DNA of 25,661 nt from a virus (Duplodnaviria > Caudoviricetes), in IMG/VR virus record IMGVR_UViG_3300020044_000335, positions 1-25,661 of that record. The stretch is one strand, 5' to 3'. The translations under genes and the position numbers were made by a program. Position 1 is the stretch's first letter. The number at the start of each line of letters is the position of its first letter. The notes under the pieces are model-generated. The model was not told the origin of the DNA. It saw nothing but the letters and a program-made list of their open reading frames with translations, and ran no database searches. Positions 16,004-25,661 of the stretch are shown piece after piece.

Positions 16004-18021
16004 TATTTGGCAGACCTAAACAAAACACCGCCACTACAGCTTCTATTCCTGCTCCTATAGGGGGTTGGAATGCTAGGGACTCTCTTGCAAACATGAGTCC
16101 TATGGATGCTATTGAATTAATTAACTTTTTCCCTACGCCTACCGATGTCACTATGCGTAAGGGTTATACCAAAACATCTACAGGAATTGACGGCAAAGTT
16201 AATTCTTTAATGAATTACACAGACACTACATTAGCTAATGGGTATAACTTATTTGCTGCTGCTGGTGACAAAATATATGACGCTAAACCTGACCCTGCTG
16301 AAGTAGTATTTACAGGCATTACTAGCGATAAATTTCAGCACGTCAATATGACTAACCAAGCAGGGCATTTTTTAGTAGCTTGTAATGGTGTAGACCCTAC
16401 TATAGTCTATGACGGCTCAAATTGGTTTTACCTTGCTACAACTACAACTGCTCAAACTATTAGCACTATTACAAGAGGTGGCACAGGCAATTTAACTGCT
16501 ACCTTAACAACGGCTGCACCTCATGGCTTAATAGACGGAAACAGGGTTACTATTTCAGGTGCTACTTCTAGTGAATACAACGGTGTTTATGTTATTAATG
16601 TAACTGGAGCAAGCACTTTTACTTACACAATGGCTACAGCGCCAGCCGCTAATGCTACTGTAGTGGGTATTTATACAGTATTAGGCATTACAAGAACTGT
16701 AACTGGTGAAACTATTAGCAGTATTACTTTTGTAAGCACATTAGCTACTTTGACGACTGCTACAGCGCATGGTTTATCAACTGGTGATAGAGTCACCATT
16801 ACTGGAGCAACTGCCAATAATTACAATGGCACTTATGTCATTACAGTAACAAGCACAACAACTTTTACCTACACAATGGTCAGCGCACCAGCAGCAAACG
16901 CTACCGTTGTAGGCACTTATAATGTGTTAAGCGTTGATTCCTCTACATTTATTAATGTAAACCTATTTAAAAACCGCTTATATTTCACCGAAAAAGACAC
17001 CCTTACTTGCTGGTATTTAGATGTAAATGCCGTTGGTGGCGAGGCTTCTCCACTTTATTTTGGCGGCATAGCAAGAAACGCAGGCTATTTACAAGCTATG
17101 GGCACTTGGACTCTTGACGCTGGACAAGGTGCTGACGACTATGCAGTCTTTGTTACTTCTATGGGCGAAGCTATTGTTTACAACGGTACTGACCCTGACA
17201 CAGCAGAAACATGGGTATTAAAAGGTGTATGGCAATTAGGTCAAACCTTTAACCGTAGGTGTTTCTTTAAATGGGCTGGCGACTTACTTCTTCTTACCCA
17301 AGACGGTTTAGTGCCACTTGCTGCTTCATTGCAGTCCAGTCGTTTAGACCCTAGAGTAAACCTAACTGACAAGATTTACTATGCTGTAAGCCAAGCTGCT
17401 ACCCAATTCTATGACTTGTTTGGCTGGCAAATTAATTATTACGCTAGTGAAAATATGCTTATTTTGTCTATTCCTACTGCTTTGGGAATGGAACAATATG
17501 TCATGCACACCATTACAAAGGCATGGGGTAGGTTTACTGGCATTGAGGCTTATTGTTGGGAAGTAAGTGGTGACGCTGATATGCACTTTGGTGGAGATGG
17601 TTATGTAGGCAAGTTTTATGACACTTTTGCCGATGACGGAAACAACATAAACGCTACTGCACAGCAGGCTTATTCTTATTTTGACTCCCCAGGACAGCTT
17701 AAACGCTGGACTTTAATTCGCCCTATTATTCAAACTTCTAATGGTTTACCTGCCGTTTTATGCGGTATTCGCACAGACTTTGACACTAGCCCATTAGTAA
17801 ACCAAATAGCATTTAACCCTAATACTGAAAGCGTAGGCGTTTGGGACTCAAGCGTTTGGGATGACGCAACTTGGTATGGTGGACTTATTACCACAAAGAT
17901 TTGGCAAGGCGTTACAGGATTAGGATTTACAGGCTCAGTAAATATGAATGTAGCTTCTAATGGCATTGAGTTTCATTGGGCTTCTACCGACTATGTAATG
18001 GAACGAGGTGGTGTAGTTTGA
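16000..18021 (+). CDS. Tail nozzle/hub (P22 gp10/T7 gp12-like) with two inserted FCCH-like domains
   Basis: PAPIGGWNARD...INFFP...MRKGY N-terminus, beta-propeller-like body, WDSSVWDDATW; GTGA overlap. Confidence 0.8.
   Translation: MIFGRPKQNTATTASIPAPIGGWNARDSLANMSPMDAIELINFFPTPTDVTMRKGYTKTSTGIDGKVNSLMNYTDTTLANGYNLFAAAGDKIYDAKPDPAEVVFTGITSDKFQHVNMTNQAGHFLVACNGVDPTIVYDGSNWFYLATTTTAQTISTITRGGTGNLTATLTTAAPHGLIDGNRVTISGATSSEYNGVYVINVTGASTFTYTMATAPAANATVVGIYTVLGITRTVTGETISSITFVSTLATLTTATAHGLSTGDRVTITGATANNYNGTYVITVTSTTTFTYTMVSAPAANATVVGTYNVLSVDSSTFINVNLFKNRLYFTEKDTLTCWYLDVNAVGGEASPLYFGGIARNAGYLQAMGTWTLDAGQGADDYAVFVTSMGEAIVYNGTDPDTAETWVLKGVWQLGQTFNRRCFFKWAGDLLLLTQDGLVPLAASLQSSRLDPRVNLTDKIYYAVSQAATQFYDLFGWQINYYASENMLILSIPTALGMEQYVMHTITKAWGRFTGIEAYCWEVSGDADMHFGGDGYVGKFYDTFADDGNNINATAQQAYSYFDSPGQLKRWTLIRPIIQTSNGLPAVLCGIRTDFDTSPLVNQIAFNPNTESVGVWDSSVWDDATWYGGLITTKIWQGVTGLGFTGSVNMNVASNGIEFHWASTDYVMERGGVV
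16456..16920 (+). repeat. Tandem duplication of a ~70-aa domain (16456-16674 and 16711-16920)
   Basis: TIS.IT...ATLTTA..HGL..G.RVTI.GAT...YNG.YVI.VT...TFTYTM..APAANATVVG.Y occurs twice and is still visible in the DNA. Confidence 0.9.
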
Positions 18022-18452
18022 GGATTGTTACTACTTTTGACCAAAATAGCTTGCGAAAATGGCTGTGTAAAGTCGGAGAATTTGATTATCCTCAAGAAAC
18101 AATGTGTATTGGACAGAAAAAAAATGGTCAATTAATAGCTGTAGTCGGTTATAACAATGTGACTACAAATTCTTGTCAAATTCATGTTGCTTCTACGGAT
18201 GTGTATTGGTTAAATAAAGACTTATTATTTGCAATATTTGATTACCCCTTTAACAAGCTTGAAGTTAAGGTTATACTAGCACCTATATGCAAGGACAATG
18301 TTAAGTCCTTGAATTTGTGCCGAAAACTTGGCTTTGAGCAGGTAGCTGACATACCTTATGGACACCCGAATGGTGACCTTATAGTAGTCGCAATGAAGCG
18401 TAATCAATGCAAATGGTTACAACAAGGAGAAGGCAATGGGCGGTATTGTTAA
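18018..18452 (+). CDS. GNAT-family acetyltransferase
   Basis: LIAVVGY...CQIHVAS...FDYPFNKL...NVKSLNLCRKLGFEQ; TTGA overlap and SD GAGGTGG support start at 18018. Confidence 0.85.
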   Translation: MRIVTTFDQNSLRKWLCKVGEFDYPQETMCIGQKKNGQLIAVVGYNNVTTNSCQIHVASTDVYWLNKDLLFAIFDYPFNKLEVKVILAPICKDNVKSLNLCRKLGFEQVADIPYGHPNGDLIVVAMKRNQCKWLQQGEGNGRYC

Positions 18453-19509
18453 TGCAGTAAGTAACTTATTTACAGGTGGCAGCCAACAATCTGCACCTGC
18501 TACACCTGATTATACGGGCGCTGCTCAAGCGACAGCGCAAGGCAATTTAGAAGCGGCTCGTGCTGCTGCTGCTGCTAATCGTGTAAATCAAGTTACTCCA
18601 TACGGAAACCTAAATTATGAAATTACAGGTCAAGACCCTTATGGAAATCCTACTTGGACTGCAACTACTAGCCTTTCTGATGTAGGCCAAAAACTTTTAA
18701 ATAATCAAAATCAAGCTAGTCTTGGTTTAGGTGGCACAATTAATTCTGCTCTTGGTCAAGTTCAAGAAACAATGGGCCAAAAGTTTAACCCTAATCTTCC
18801 ATCTACAGGAATGAACCCAGGGCAGTCTTACCAAGACGCTTATATGCAACGCCTTGCGCCACAAATTGAACAAAGTCGTGAGTCTAATGCTGCTAATTTA
18901 GCTAATCAAGGCGTAGTGCCAGGCACAAAAGCCTATGATAATGCTATGCGCCAACAAGCTATGAAAGAAAATGATTTGTTATTGGGTGCTACAACTCAAG
19001 GTTTTGGCGTTGGTCAGCAAGCAAATCAACAAGCCTATAATCAAGCTCTTACTAATTACAATTTGCCACTCAATACATTAAGTGCGTTGCGTAGCGGTTC
19101 GCAAGTTCAAAATCCTTCTTTTGTAAATTCTGCACAACAAGCCACTACTTCTGGTGCTGATATTTTAGGTGCTACTCAAATGGGTTACAACGCACAAATG
19201 GGTAATTTTAATGCACAACAAGCTGCTCAACAAGGTATGAATAGCGGTTTAATGGGTCTAGGTGGCACATTGGGTGCAGCAGCACTTATGTCTGACATTC
19301 GCACCAAAGAAAATATTAAACTTGTTGGTTGGTTGCCTAATGGTTTACCAGCATACGAATACGAATATAAGCCTAAATGGAAAGACGAAGCAGGTCATGG
19401 CAAGTTTGTTGGTGTTATGGCGCAAGATGTTGAACTGGTGCAACCTGAAGCAGTTATTACTCGCCCAGATGGTTACAAAATGGTTAATTATGGAGTGTTA
19501 AATGGATAA
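18436..19509 (+). CDS. DNA ejection/pilot-type protein with C-terminal peptidase S74 (intramolecular chaperone) domain
   Basis: APATPDY...NQVTPYG, Q/N/A/G-rich body, hydrophobic GLMGLGGTLGAAALM, then SDIRTKENI...YEYEYK...GVMAQDV...PEAV...VNY. Confidence 0.8.
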   Translation: MGGIVNAVSNLFTGGSQQSAPATPDYTGAAQATAQGNLEAARAAAAANRVNQVTPYGNLNYEITGQDPYGNPTWTATTSLSDVGQKLLNNQNQASLGLGGTINSALGQVQETMGQKFNPNLPSTGMNPGQSYQDAYMQRLAPQIEQSRESNAANLANQGVVPGTKAYDNAMRQQAMKENDLLLGATTQGFGVGQQANQQAYNQALTNYNLPLNTLSALRSGSQVQNPSFVNSAQQATTSGADILGATQMGYNAQMGNFNAQQAAQQGMNSGLMGLGGTLGAAALMSDIRTKENIKLVGWLPNGLPAYEYEYKPKWKDEAGHGKFVGVMAQDVELVQPEAVITRPDGYKMVNYGVLNG

Positions 19510-19885
19510 TAATTATTTCACTCAAGTTGCTCCATATATGCAACAAGACCAAGGTTTGTTGCCTGTATTTCAAAACATCGCTACACAACAAGCAAATCAA
19601 AATGCTGCATTACAACAACAAAATCAGCAAGTAGCACAAGCTGGTCAAGCACAAGGTGGTAGTGGTGGTATGAATCCATTAGCTATGGCAATGGCTTTGC
19701 GTGGGAAAAAGCCTGACAATATGGATAGTTGGCAAACTGCTGGCTCAAATCAATATTTTGGCGCTAATAGCAATGGTATGGGCGCTGGTCAAGGATATTC
19801 TGGAATGAATGCAGATTTGGGATTAAGTCCAGTTAGTAATATGCCTGTTGTTGGCGCATACGGTCAACTAATTCCAAATAATTAA
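19502..19885 (+). CDS. Low-complexity Q/G/N/M-rich putative internal virion protein
   Basis: SD GGAG; overlap with previous gene; position in ejection cluster. Confidence 0.6.
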   Translation: MDNNYFTQVAPYMQQDQGLLPVFQNIATQQANQNAALQQQNQQVAQAGQAQGGSGGMNPLAMAMALRGKKPDNMDSWQTAGSNQYFGANSNGMGAGQGYSGMNADLGLSPVSNMPVVGAYGQLIPNN

Positions 19886-19893
19886 GGAATAAT

Positions 19894-20973
19894 ATGGCAA
19901 ACGAATTAGACCAATTAAATTTATCTCAGCAAAACACATTGCCTCCTGAGTTGTATGCTCAACAGCAGGCTTTAAACCGCCAACAACAAATGGCAGCTAT
20001 GTTGATGCAACAAAACCAGCAACCACAAGGCCAAATGGTTAGTGGTCGTTATGTACCAACTTCATTCTTTCAAAACTTGCAACCAGTAGCTAATATGCTT
20101 ACTGGCGCTTACCTTGCTAAACAAGGTGACACTAAAGCTGCTGAATTAGCAAAACAACTGCGTGAAGGTAGGTCTGCTGCAGAAGAGTCTATTATTAACA
20201 AAATGACAGGTACTCCTGCACAAGCTACTGAATTAGCTGGACCATACGCAGGGAATGTACCTATGCCTGTAGCTGTTCAACCTGCTGTAGCCCCTAATTT
20301 ACCTGGTGCATTGCGTGATATTCGCACTAATCCTTATGGCGTTGGAAAAGAATACACGCCTACAATTCTTAAACAAATGATGCCTGAAGATACTTCTGAT
20401 TACAAAAACTATTTAAAAGTTAAAGCAGAAGGTTTCCCTGGCACATTTAATGAATACCAAGATGTTGAAGCTAATCGTAAGCGCCCTGTAACTAATGTAA
20501 GTGTTAATACTGGTCAGCATGGCTTTGAAAATGCTCTTAAATTGCGTACAGACTTTAGAAACGAACCTATTTACAAAGGTTTTGAAGAGGTTAAAGCTGC
20601 TAATCTACAAATTCAACAAGCAGCAAAAATGGCTACGCCTGCTGGTGACTTAGCTGCTGCTACTAAGATTATGAAGATTTTAGACCCAGGCTCAGTAGTG
20701 CGTGAATCTGAATTGGGAATGGCTATGGCTGCTTCTGGTTTAGAGGATAGAGCAAGAAACTACGCAAATATGGTTATTACTGGTCAAAAATTAACGCCTA
20801 CACAGCGTAAAGATTTTACTGAATTAGGCCAACAACTTTATAATGTTTCTGCTGAACAGTTTAATCAAAAGCGTGGCGAATACTCTGGTATTGCCCAAAG
20901 AAACAAATTAGATGTAGAAGCTGCCGTTGGCGCACCTGCTCCTATCAACCAAGGTGGTTGGAGAATTAAATAA
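19894..20973 (+). CDS. Putative DNA ejection protein
   Basis: Q-rich helical protein, GQMVSGRYV, KILDPGSVVRESE; position. Confidence 0.65.
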   Translation: MANELDQLNLSQQNTLPPELYAQQQALNRQQQMAAMLMQQNQQPQGQMVSGRYVPTSFFQNLQPVANMLTGAYLAKQGDTKAAELAKQLREGRSAAEESIINKMTGTPAQATELAGPYAGNVPMPVAVQPAVAPNLPGALRDIRTNPYGVGKEYTPTILKQMMPEDTSDYKNYLKVKAEGFPGTFNEYQDVEANRKRPVTNVSVNTGQHGFENALKLRTDFRNEPIYKGFEEVKAANLQIQQAAKMATPAGDLAAATKIMKILDPGSVVRESELGMAMAASGLEDRARNYANMVITGQKLTPTQRKDFTELGQQLYNVSAEQFNQKRGEYSGIAQRNKLDVEAAVGAPAPINQGGWRIK

Positions 20974-22415
20974 TGGCTGACAAAGAATATACAGTTGTTG
21001 CCCCTGACGGAAAAGAAATAATACTTGTTGGCCCAGAAGGAGCAAGCCAAGAAGAAGTTATTACTCAAGCACAAAAACTGTATAAACCACAAGCGCCACA
21101 GCAACGCACAGGAGGCACTATTATTTCTAGTGATGTGCCAAATGTTATTACTGCTCAAAACAGAGGTAGCGTACCGCCTGTAGAGCCTACTCGCAATATG
21201 GCAGACAAGTTAAAGGCTTTGTATGAAGTTCCTGCAACTGTTGGTAGTGCAGCACTTTCACAGCCTGGCTCAATGCTTTATGGTCTTGGTAGAAGCGCTG
21301 TAGAAGGCGCTATGAAAGGTCAAATGCCTAGCCCTGAAGCTAGAGATGTGTATTACAGACAAGCAAGGCAAGAAACTCAATTTCAACCTACATCACCTGC
21401 TTCTGCGGATGTTTTGGAATCTATGGGTGGTGCATTAGAAGCCGCCAAAATACCTCCTTATATTGGTAATATTGGGATGATTCCATCTGCAATGCAAGCT
21501 GGTCAAGCAGTTCGCCCATTGGCACAAGAAGCTAGACAAGCAGCGCAACCAGCAGTTAGCACTATGGCACAAGCATTGCGTAGAGAACCTTCTTTAGTAA
21601 AAACTGCCCCTAGCGCACAAGAATTAGCTCAAACTTCTAAAAACTTGTTTACAACAGCAAAAGAGTCTGGCGTTGAATTAAATGCTAAAGACTTTGCTAC
21701 AAACATGGCTGGCATTGGCAAAGAATTGCGTAACGAAGGCTATGACCCTAGGCTTTACCCTAAGCTGTCAGTAGCGTTAGATGAAATGACGCAAGCTGGA
21801 ATACCTAAAGATTTTAATGAATTAAGCACTTTGCGTAAGTTTATTCAAGGCGCACAAAAAAGCGTTGATTCTGATGAAAGACGTTTGGCAACTATTCTTA
21901 AAGACGACTTTGACAATTATGTTGCTAACATTCCTGAGTCGTCTGTGGTTGGCGGTAACAAAGAAGGTTTAAAAGCATGGAAAGAAGCTAGGGACACTTA
22001 TGCAAAATTAAGTAAGTCTGAAGTATTTACAGATATGCTTGAAAATGCACAGTTAGACAAAAGCAAATTTAGTATGTCTGGTATGGAAAACTCATTGGCG
22101 CAACAACTGCGTCAGCTTGCCAAAAATGATAAGAAAATGCGTTTGTTTACACAAGAAGAACAAGAAGCCATTAAAAAAGCCGCAAAAGGGGGAATTGGTC
22201 AAAACGCATTACGATTTGTTGGTAAATTTGCCCCTACAAGCGCAGTAAGCAGTATTCCAGCTTTGTTAGCTACTTCAGTTAGTGGCCCAATAGGTTTGGC
22301 GGCAACAGCAGCTTCTATGGGCGCAAGAGTCGGAGCAACACAAATGAGAAAATCTGATGTTAATAAGTTAGCCGCTTTAATGAGGGCTGGAGCAAAAGGA
22401 AAAGAAAATGAGTAG
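20973..22415 (+). CDS. Putative DNA ejection protein
   Basis: YTVVAPDGK...[11 protein letters not shown]-terminal motif; Ala-rich helical body with C-terminal hydrophobic segment. Confidence 0.65.
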   Translation: MADKEYTVVAPDGKEIILVGPEGASQEEVITQAQKLYKPQAPQQRTGGTIISSDVPNVITAQNRGSVPPVEPTRNMADKLKALYEVPATVGSAALSQPGSMLYGLGRSAVEGAMKGQMPSPEARDVYYRQARQETQFQPTSPASADVLESMGGALEAAKIPPYIGNIGMIPSAMQAGQAVRPLAQEARQAAQPAVSTMAQALRREPSLVKTAPSAQELAQTSKNLFTTAKESGVELNAKDFATNMAGIGKELRNEGYDPRLYPKLSVALDEMTQAGIPKDFNELSTLRKFIQGAQKSVDSDERRLATILKDDFDNYVANIPESSVVGGNKEGLKAWKEARDTYAKLSKSEVFTDMLENAQLDKSKFSMSGMENSLAQQLRQLAKNDKKMRLFTQEEQEAIKKAAKGGIGQNALRFVGKFAPTSAVSSIPALLATSVSGPIGLAATAASMGARVGATQMRKSDVNKLAALMRAGAKGKENE

Positions 22416-24573
22416 AAACGGTAGCGGTACATACAATCTTCCACCTGGTAACCCAGTAGTTACAGGCACAACTATTAACTCTACATGGGCTAACAATACC
22501 CTTGCTGACATGGCTAATGCCATTACAGGTTCGGTAGCTGCTGACGGTCAAACTACTATTACAGGTGCTTTAAAAGGCCCTAATGGTACTGTTGCTTTTG
22601 CTGGCGTAGGTCAAACTCGTATTCCTAGTGGCACTACAGCACAAAGGGCTGCTAGTCCACAAGACGGAATGATTCGATATAACACCGACCTTTTGCAATA
22701 CGAAGGTTATAAAAATGGTGCTTGGTCTATTTTTGGTAATGGTGCTGGCGGTACTTTATTTAGCGACACAATAACAGCTACTCAAGGTCAAACAGTTATT
22801 GACACTCCTACAGGCTTTGTGCCTGGCGGTGATAACCTTTCTGTTTATGTAAACGGTAGCCGTCAAATCTACAATGTTAATTACACAGAAACTTCTTCTA
22901 CTCAAATTACTTTTACCAATGGTTTAAATGTAGGCGACTTAGTAAACTACACTATTGGCGCTTCTACTTCATTGTCTGTAAATGCTTCTTCTGTGCTTTA
23001 TAACGAAGGTTCTACAGGTGCAGTAGACCGAAATGTAGAAGTAAAATTACAAGAATTTGTGTCTGTAAAAGATTTTGGCGCAGTAGGAGATGGCGTTGTT
23101 GATGATACTGCTGCTATTCAAAATGCTTATAACGCAATTAAAACAACTGGCGGCACTTTAATATTTCCTTCAGGAACTTATAATTTTTATTTAGACATTT
23201 CTGGCGCTTATGTAGCAGAAGTTAATTTTGTTGGTTTTGGTCAAGTTATTTGTAGACCATATACATTAAGTCCTACACAATCTTGTATTATTTATGCTGA
23301 TAACAATCCAGGTGATGCCACGCCAGGAGCTATGAATTTTTGTAATGTAAATTTTACAAATATGACTTTTTCAGCAAGAATAACAGGTTCTTCATCATTA
23401 GGCGATGTTGATTATGCAGTAAATCTTACTTATGGCGCATCTCGCTTTTCTTCATGCAATTTTGAATATGGAAAAGTAGCTAGTTTTTATTCTCTTTTTG
23501 GTCAATACAATGAATTTCAATATTGTAGTTTTGCTGCAAGCACATATTCTTCTACATCGGTAGGTTGTTGGTTAAATTCTAATGACACAAATGAATCAGC
23601 CAATGAAAACACTTTTATTCGTTGCAGATTTAACACTAATTCTATTGGATTACAAATAAATGGTGGATTAGGAAATCGTTTGTATGCTTGCCAAATACAA
23701 AACAATATTGAAAAAGGCATTTATTTAGATGCTGATTCTACTGGTTTTGGTAATGTAGGAACAATTATTTCGGGTTGTTATTTTGAACAATTATCTTATC
23801 CTTATGACCTTTATATTGGAACAGTTGAAAATTTATTAGTTGAAGGATGTGAATTTGTATCTAGTGGCGTACAAATTTATTCTACTACTTGTAATTCATT
23901 ATCTTTTATTGGTAATAATAGTTATGCAGGTACAACAGTAAATATTAACGAATCTTTAGGAAGTACAGGAAATTCTGCTTTAACTTGGTTAGGTAATAAT
24001 AATAATTTTACTTTAAATTTAGTAAACCAATTACTTCATGCTGGGCCAACTTATTTAAACATAGACCAAGCAGCTAATGTACCTGCTTTAAAGCAAAATG
24101 GTCAATTAAGCTATGGCGCTCAACAAGTCTTTATTCCTGATTGGTCTGGATTTCATGCATCAACGCTTAAAGGCGTAACAACCCCTATTTTTTCTTTGAC
24201 TCAACAAACAGTTGTTGGTGGAAATTTAAGAGTTGCTTTATTTACTTTAGAGTTATGGACTTGGGATGACACAAATGCTACACCTTATGGTTATAGCGGA
24301 CATTCACAAAAATATACTTGTTTTATTAGCAATAATGGTGGTTCAATTACCGCTAGTGTAACGCCTGAATCTAATGGAACTGATGTTGGTATTTCTACTG
24401 CTTTTCAAGCACCAGGCCCAATTACCGTAACGGCTTCTGTTTCAGGTCAAGCCATTACTTTTTCTGCTGCATGGAGTGGAACAGGGACAGGCGTTGCTTC
24501 AATGACACAACAAGGTATTGCTTATAACTTGCGTGGTGCAGGAACTAATGCTTTCTATTTAACAAGACTGTAG
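22408..24573 (+). CDS. Main tail fibre/tailspike (anchor domain, linker domains, pectate_lyase_3 beta-helix)
   Basis: [27 protein letters not shown] anchor; PSGTTAQR...GMIRYN; ATQGQT...VYVNG domain; [21 protein letters not shown]. Confidence 0.88.
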   Translation: MSRNGSGTYNLPPGNPVVTGTTINSTWANNTLADMANAITGSVAADGQTTITGALKGPNGTVAFAGVGQTRIPSGTTAQRAASPQDGMIRYNTDLLQYEGYKNGAWSIFGNGAGGTLFSDTITATQGQTVIDTPTGFVPGGDNLSVYVNGSRQIYNVNYTETSSTQITFTNGLNVGDLVNYTIGASTSLSVNASSVLYNEGSTGAVDRNVEVKLQEFVSVKDFGAVGDGVVDDTAAIQNAYNAIKTTGGTLIFPSGTYNFYLDISGAYVAEVNFVGFGQVICRPYTLSPTQSCIIYADNNPGDATPGAMNFCNVNFTNMTFSARITGSSSLGDVDYAVNLTYGASRFSSCNFEYGKVASFYSLFGQYNEFQYCSFAASTYSSTSVGCWLNSNDTNESANENTFIRCRFNTNSIGLQINGGLGNRLYACQIQNNIEKGIYLDADSTGFGNVGTIISGCYFEQLSYPYDLYIGTVENLLVEGCEFVSSGVQIYSTTCNSLSFIGNNSYAGTTVNINESLGSTGNSALTWLGNNNNFTLNLVNQLLHAGPTYLNIDQAANVPALKQNGQLSYGAQQVFIPDWSGFHASTLKGVTTPIFSLTQQTVVGGNLRVALFTLELWTWDDTNATPYGYSGHSQKYTCFISNNGGSITASVTPESNGTDVGISTAFQAPGPITVTASVSGQAITFSAAWSGTGTGVASMTQQGIAYNLRGAGTNAFYLTRL

Positions 24574-24583
24574 GAAATAAATT

Positions 24584-24730
24584 ATGAACTTTACATTTAC
24601 ATGGATATTAGACAAGTTTGGTTTTCAGCCTAAAGCAGCTTTTGACTTTCCTGTAAAGGAAGAAGTTAAAAAACCTGTTGCCAAAAAAACAGCCAAAAAA
24701 GCGACTACTCGCAAAACAACTAAAAAGTGA
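24584..24730 (+). CDS. 48-aa protein with Lys/Ala/Thr-rich tail (not in ORF track)
   Basis: Translated by hand: MNFTFTWILDKFGFQPKAAFDFPVKEEVKKPVAKKTAKKATTRKTTKK; SD AGGA at 24572-24575; fills the gap between genes. Confidence 0.75.
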   Translation: MNFTFTWILDKFGFQPKAAFDFPVKEEVKKPVAKKTAKKATTRKTTKK

Positions 24731-24737
24731 GTAAGTT

Positions 24738-24947
24738 ATGTCTTTTGAAATTGACCCTGTACGCTATGGACAACTTTGGGAAAAGGTTGACCAGCAAACC
24801 GCCAAAATAGACAAGCTAGAAGCTGGCATGGAAGAATTGCTTGCTTTGGCTAACAAAGGCAGAGGTGGCTTTTGGGCTGGCATGATGTTTGTGTCTGCAT
24901 TTTCTACATTAGTAGGTTGGGTTATTCATTGGATTACTAACAAATGA
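24738..24947 (+). CDS. Small membrane protein (coiled coil plus one TM; holin/XhlA-like)
   Basis: IDKLEAGMEELLALANKGRG followed by hydrophobic FWAGMMFVSAFSTLVGWVI; in the lysis cluster. Confidence 0.6.
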   Translation: MSFEIDPVRYGQLWEKVDQQTAKIDKLEAGMEELLALANKGRGGFWAGMMFVSAFSTLVGWVIHWITNK

Positions 24948-25312
24948 TTTTAGAAACCATTATTGGTGCGTTAGTTCCTGTAGGAATAGACGGCATTAAA
25001 AGTCTGATTGGAATGTTTACAGGCGGGGTTAAGCCTTTAAATGTTGATGACCAAATAAAGCTAGACCAAAACGACATAGCAAAGTTAGAAGCCATTGCAA
25101 AGTTAGACAACCCTTATGGGCAACCTAGCCAATGGGTAGTCGATTTAAGGGCTTCTAGTCGTTATCTAGGGGCTTTGTTTGTCATTGTTGTAGGCATAAG
25201 CACTCTGTTTTTGCCAGTAGCCCCCGAAATTCAAAGAATAGGTATAGAAGCGGCCAACATAGCCTTTGGTTTTCTATTCGGTACTCGCATTATGGCTAAC
25301 CTTAAAAAATGA
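24944..25312 (+). CDS. Putative holin (3TM, GTA-holin-like)
   Basis: N-terminal hydrophobic segment, SQWVVDLRASSR, two further TMs, GFLFGTR; ATGA overlap with the endolysin. Confidence 0.7.
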   Translation: MILETIIGALVPVGIDGIKSLIGMFTGGVKPLNVDDQIKLDQNDIAKLEAIAKLDNPYGQPSQWVVDLRASSRYLGALFVIVVGISTLFLPVAPEIQRIGIEAANIAFGFLFGTRIMANLKK

Positions 25313-25661
25313 GTTTTAAAGAATGTCTTGACCTTGTATTAAAGTCAGAAGGTGGTTGGACAGGGCCAACAGGATTAGCTGGCGACCCTGGTGGTGAAAC
25401 CAATTTAGGGGTCACCAAGCGTGTTTGGGAAGAATATGTAGGTCACCCTGTAGATAGCCTTAAAAAGCTAACAAAAGAAGATGTAGCACCTTTATACGAA
25501 TTAAAATACTGGAGGCCTTGTTATGGAGAAGTATTACCTCGGGGACTCAACTTTATTGTATTTTCCATGGGAGTTAACGCAGGGCCAGGCAGAAGCATTA
25601 AATTGCTTCAGTCATCTATTGGATGCGTACCTGACGGAATTATCGGCCCAAGAACAAGAGA
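25309..25661 (+). CDS. Endolysin, glycoside hydrolase family 108 (3' truncated by window edge; not in ORF track)
   Basis: Translated by hand: MSFKECLDLVLKSEGGWTGPTGLAGDPGGETNLGVT...YELKYW...LP.GL...VNAGPGR..KLLQ...DGIIGPRT. Confidence 0.92.
   Translation, partial: MSFKECLDLVLKSEGGWTGPTGLAGDPGGETNLGVTKRVWEEYVGHPVDSLKKLTKEDVAPLYELKYWRPCYGEVLPRGLNFIVFSMGVNAGPGRSIKLLQSSIGCVPDGIIGPRTR

Larger units (their letters stand above)
1..25661 (+). mobile_element. Tailed phage (podovirus-like) packaging, virion morphogenesis and lysis region
   Basis: Co-oriented terS-terL-portal-scaffold-capsid-adaptor-nozzle-ejection proteins-tailspike-holin-endolysin. No tape measure, tail tube or sheath genes. Tight packing with many 4-nt stop/start overlaps. 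Confidence 0.97.

Noticed and set aside
22408-24573. Possible diversity-generating retroelement target
   Set aside because: No reverse transcriptase and no adenine-specific template/variable repeat pair in the window.
1-25661. Stop-codon reassignment or intron/intein in terL or capsid
   Set aside because: Standard code gives full-length genes ending in all three stop codons; terL (446 aa) and capsid (324 aa) are uninterrupted.

Overview
This window is the late (morphogenesis and lysis) region of a tailed dsDNA phage with podovirus-type architecture, and every credible gene is on the + strand. Gene order: VRR-NUC nuclease, HNH-AP2 homing endonuclease, short Dps/ferritin-like protein, two small basic proteins, GIY-YIG nuclease, terS, terL, a small beta-rich protein and the portal. 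A ~5.5 kb accessory block follows (Gly-rich beta-roll fibre, small partner, anchor-less pectate-lyase-like spike, membrane protein, coiled-coil protein, GT-B glycosyltransferase, CxxC protein). After it come scaffold, major capsid, decoration protein, an HhH-like protein, head-tail adaptor, P22 gp10-like nozzle, GNAT, four ejection-type proteins (the first with a peptidase S74 autocleavage domain), the main tailspike, an unannotated Lys-rich 48-aa ORF, two holin-like proteins and a GH108 endolysin cut by the window edge. No tRNA, rRNA, CRISPR array or integrase was seen. The most notable items are: a candidate virion-glycosylation and branched-receptor module between portal and scaffold, whose glycosyltransferase has no canonical start codon; a GNAT next to an S74-capped ejection protein; small beta-barrel domains inserted into three structural proteins; apparent complete GATC avoidance; and structured, RBS-occluding leaders. 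All family assignments come from motif recognition by eye, with no database search.
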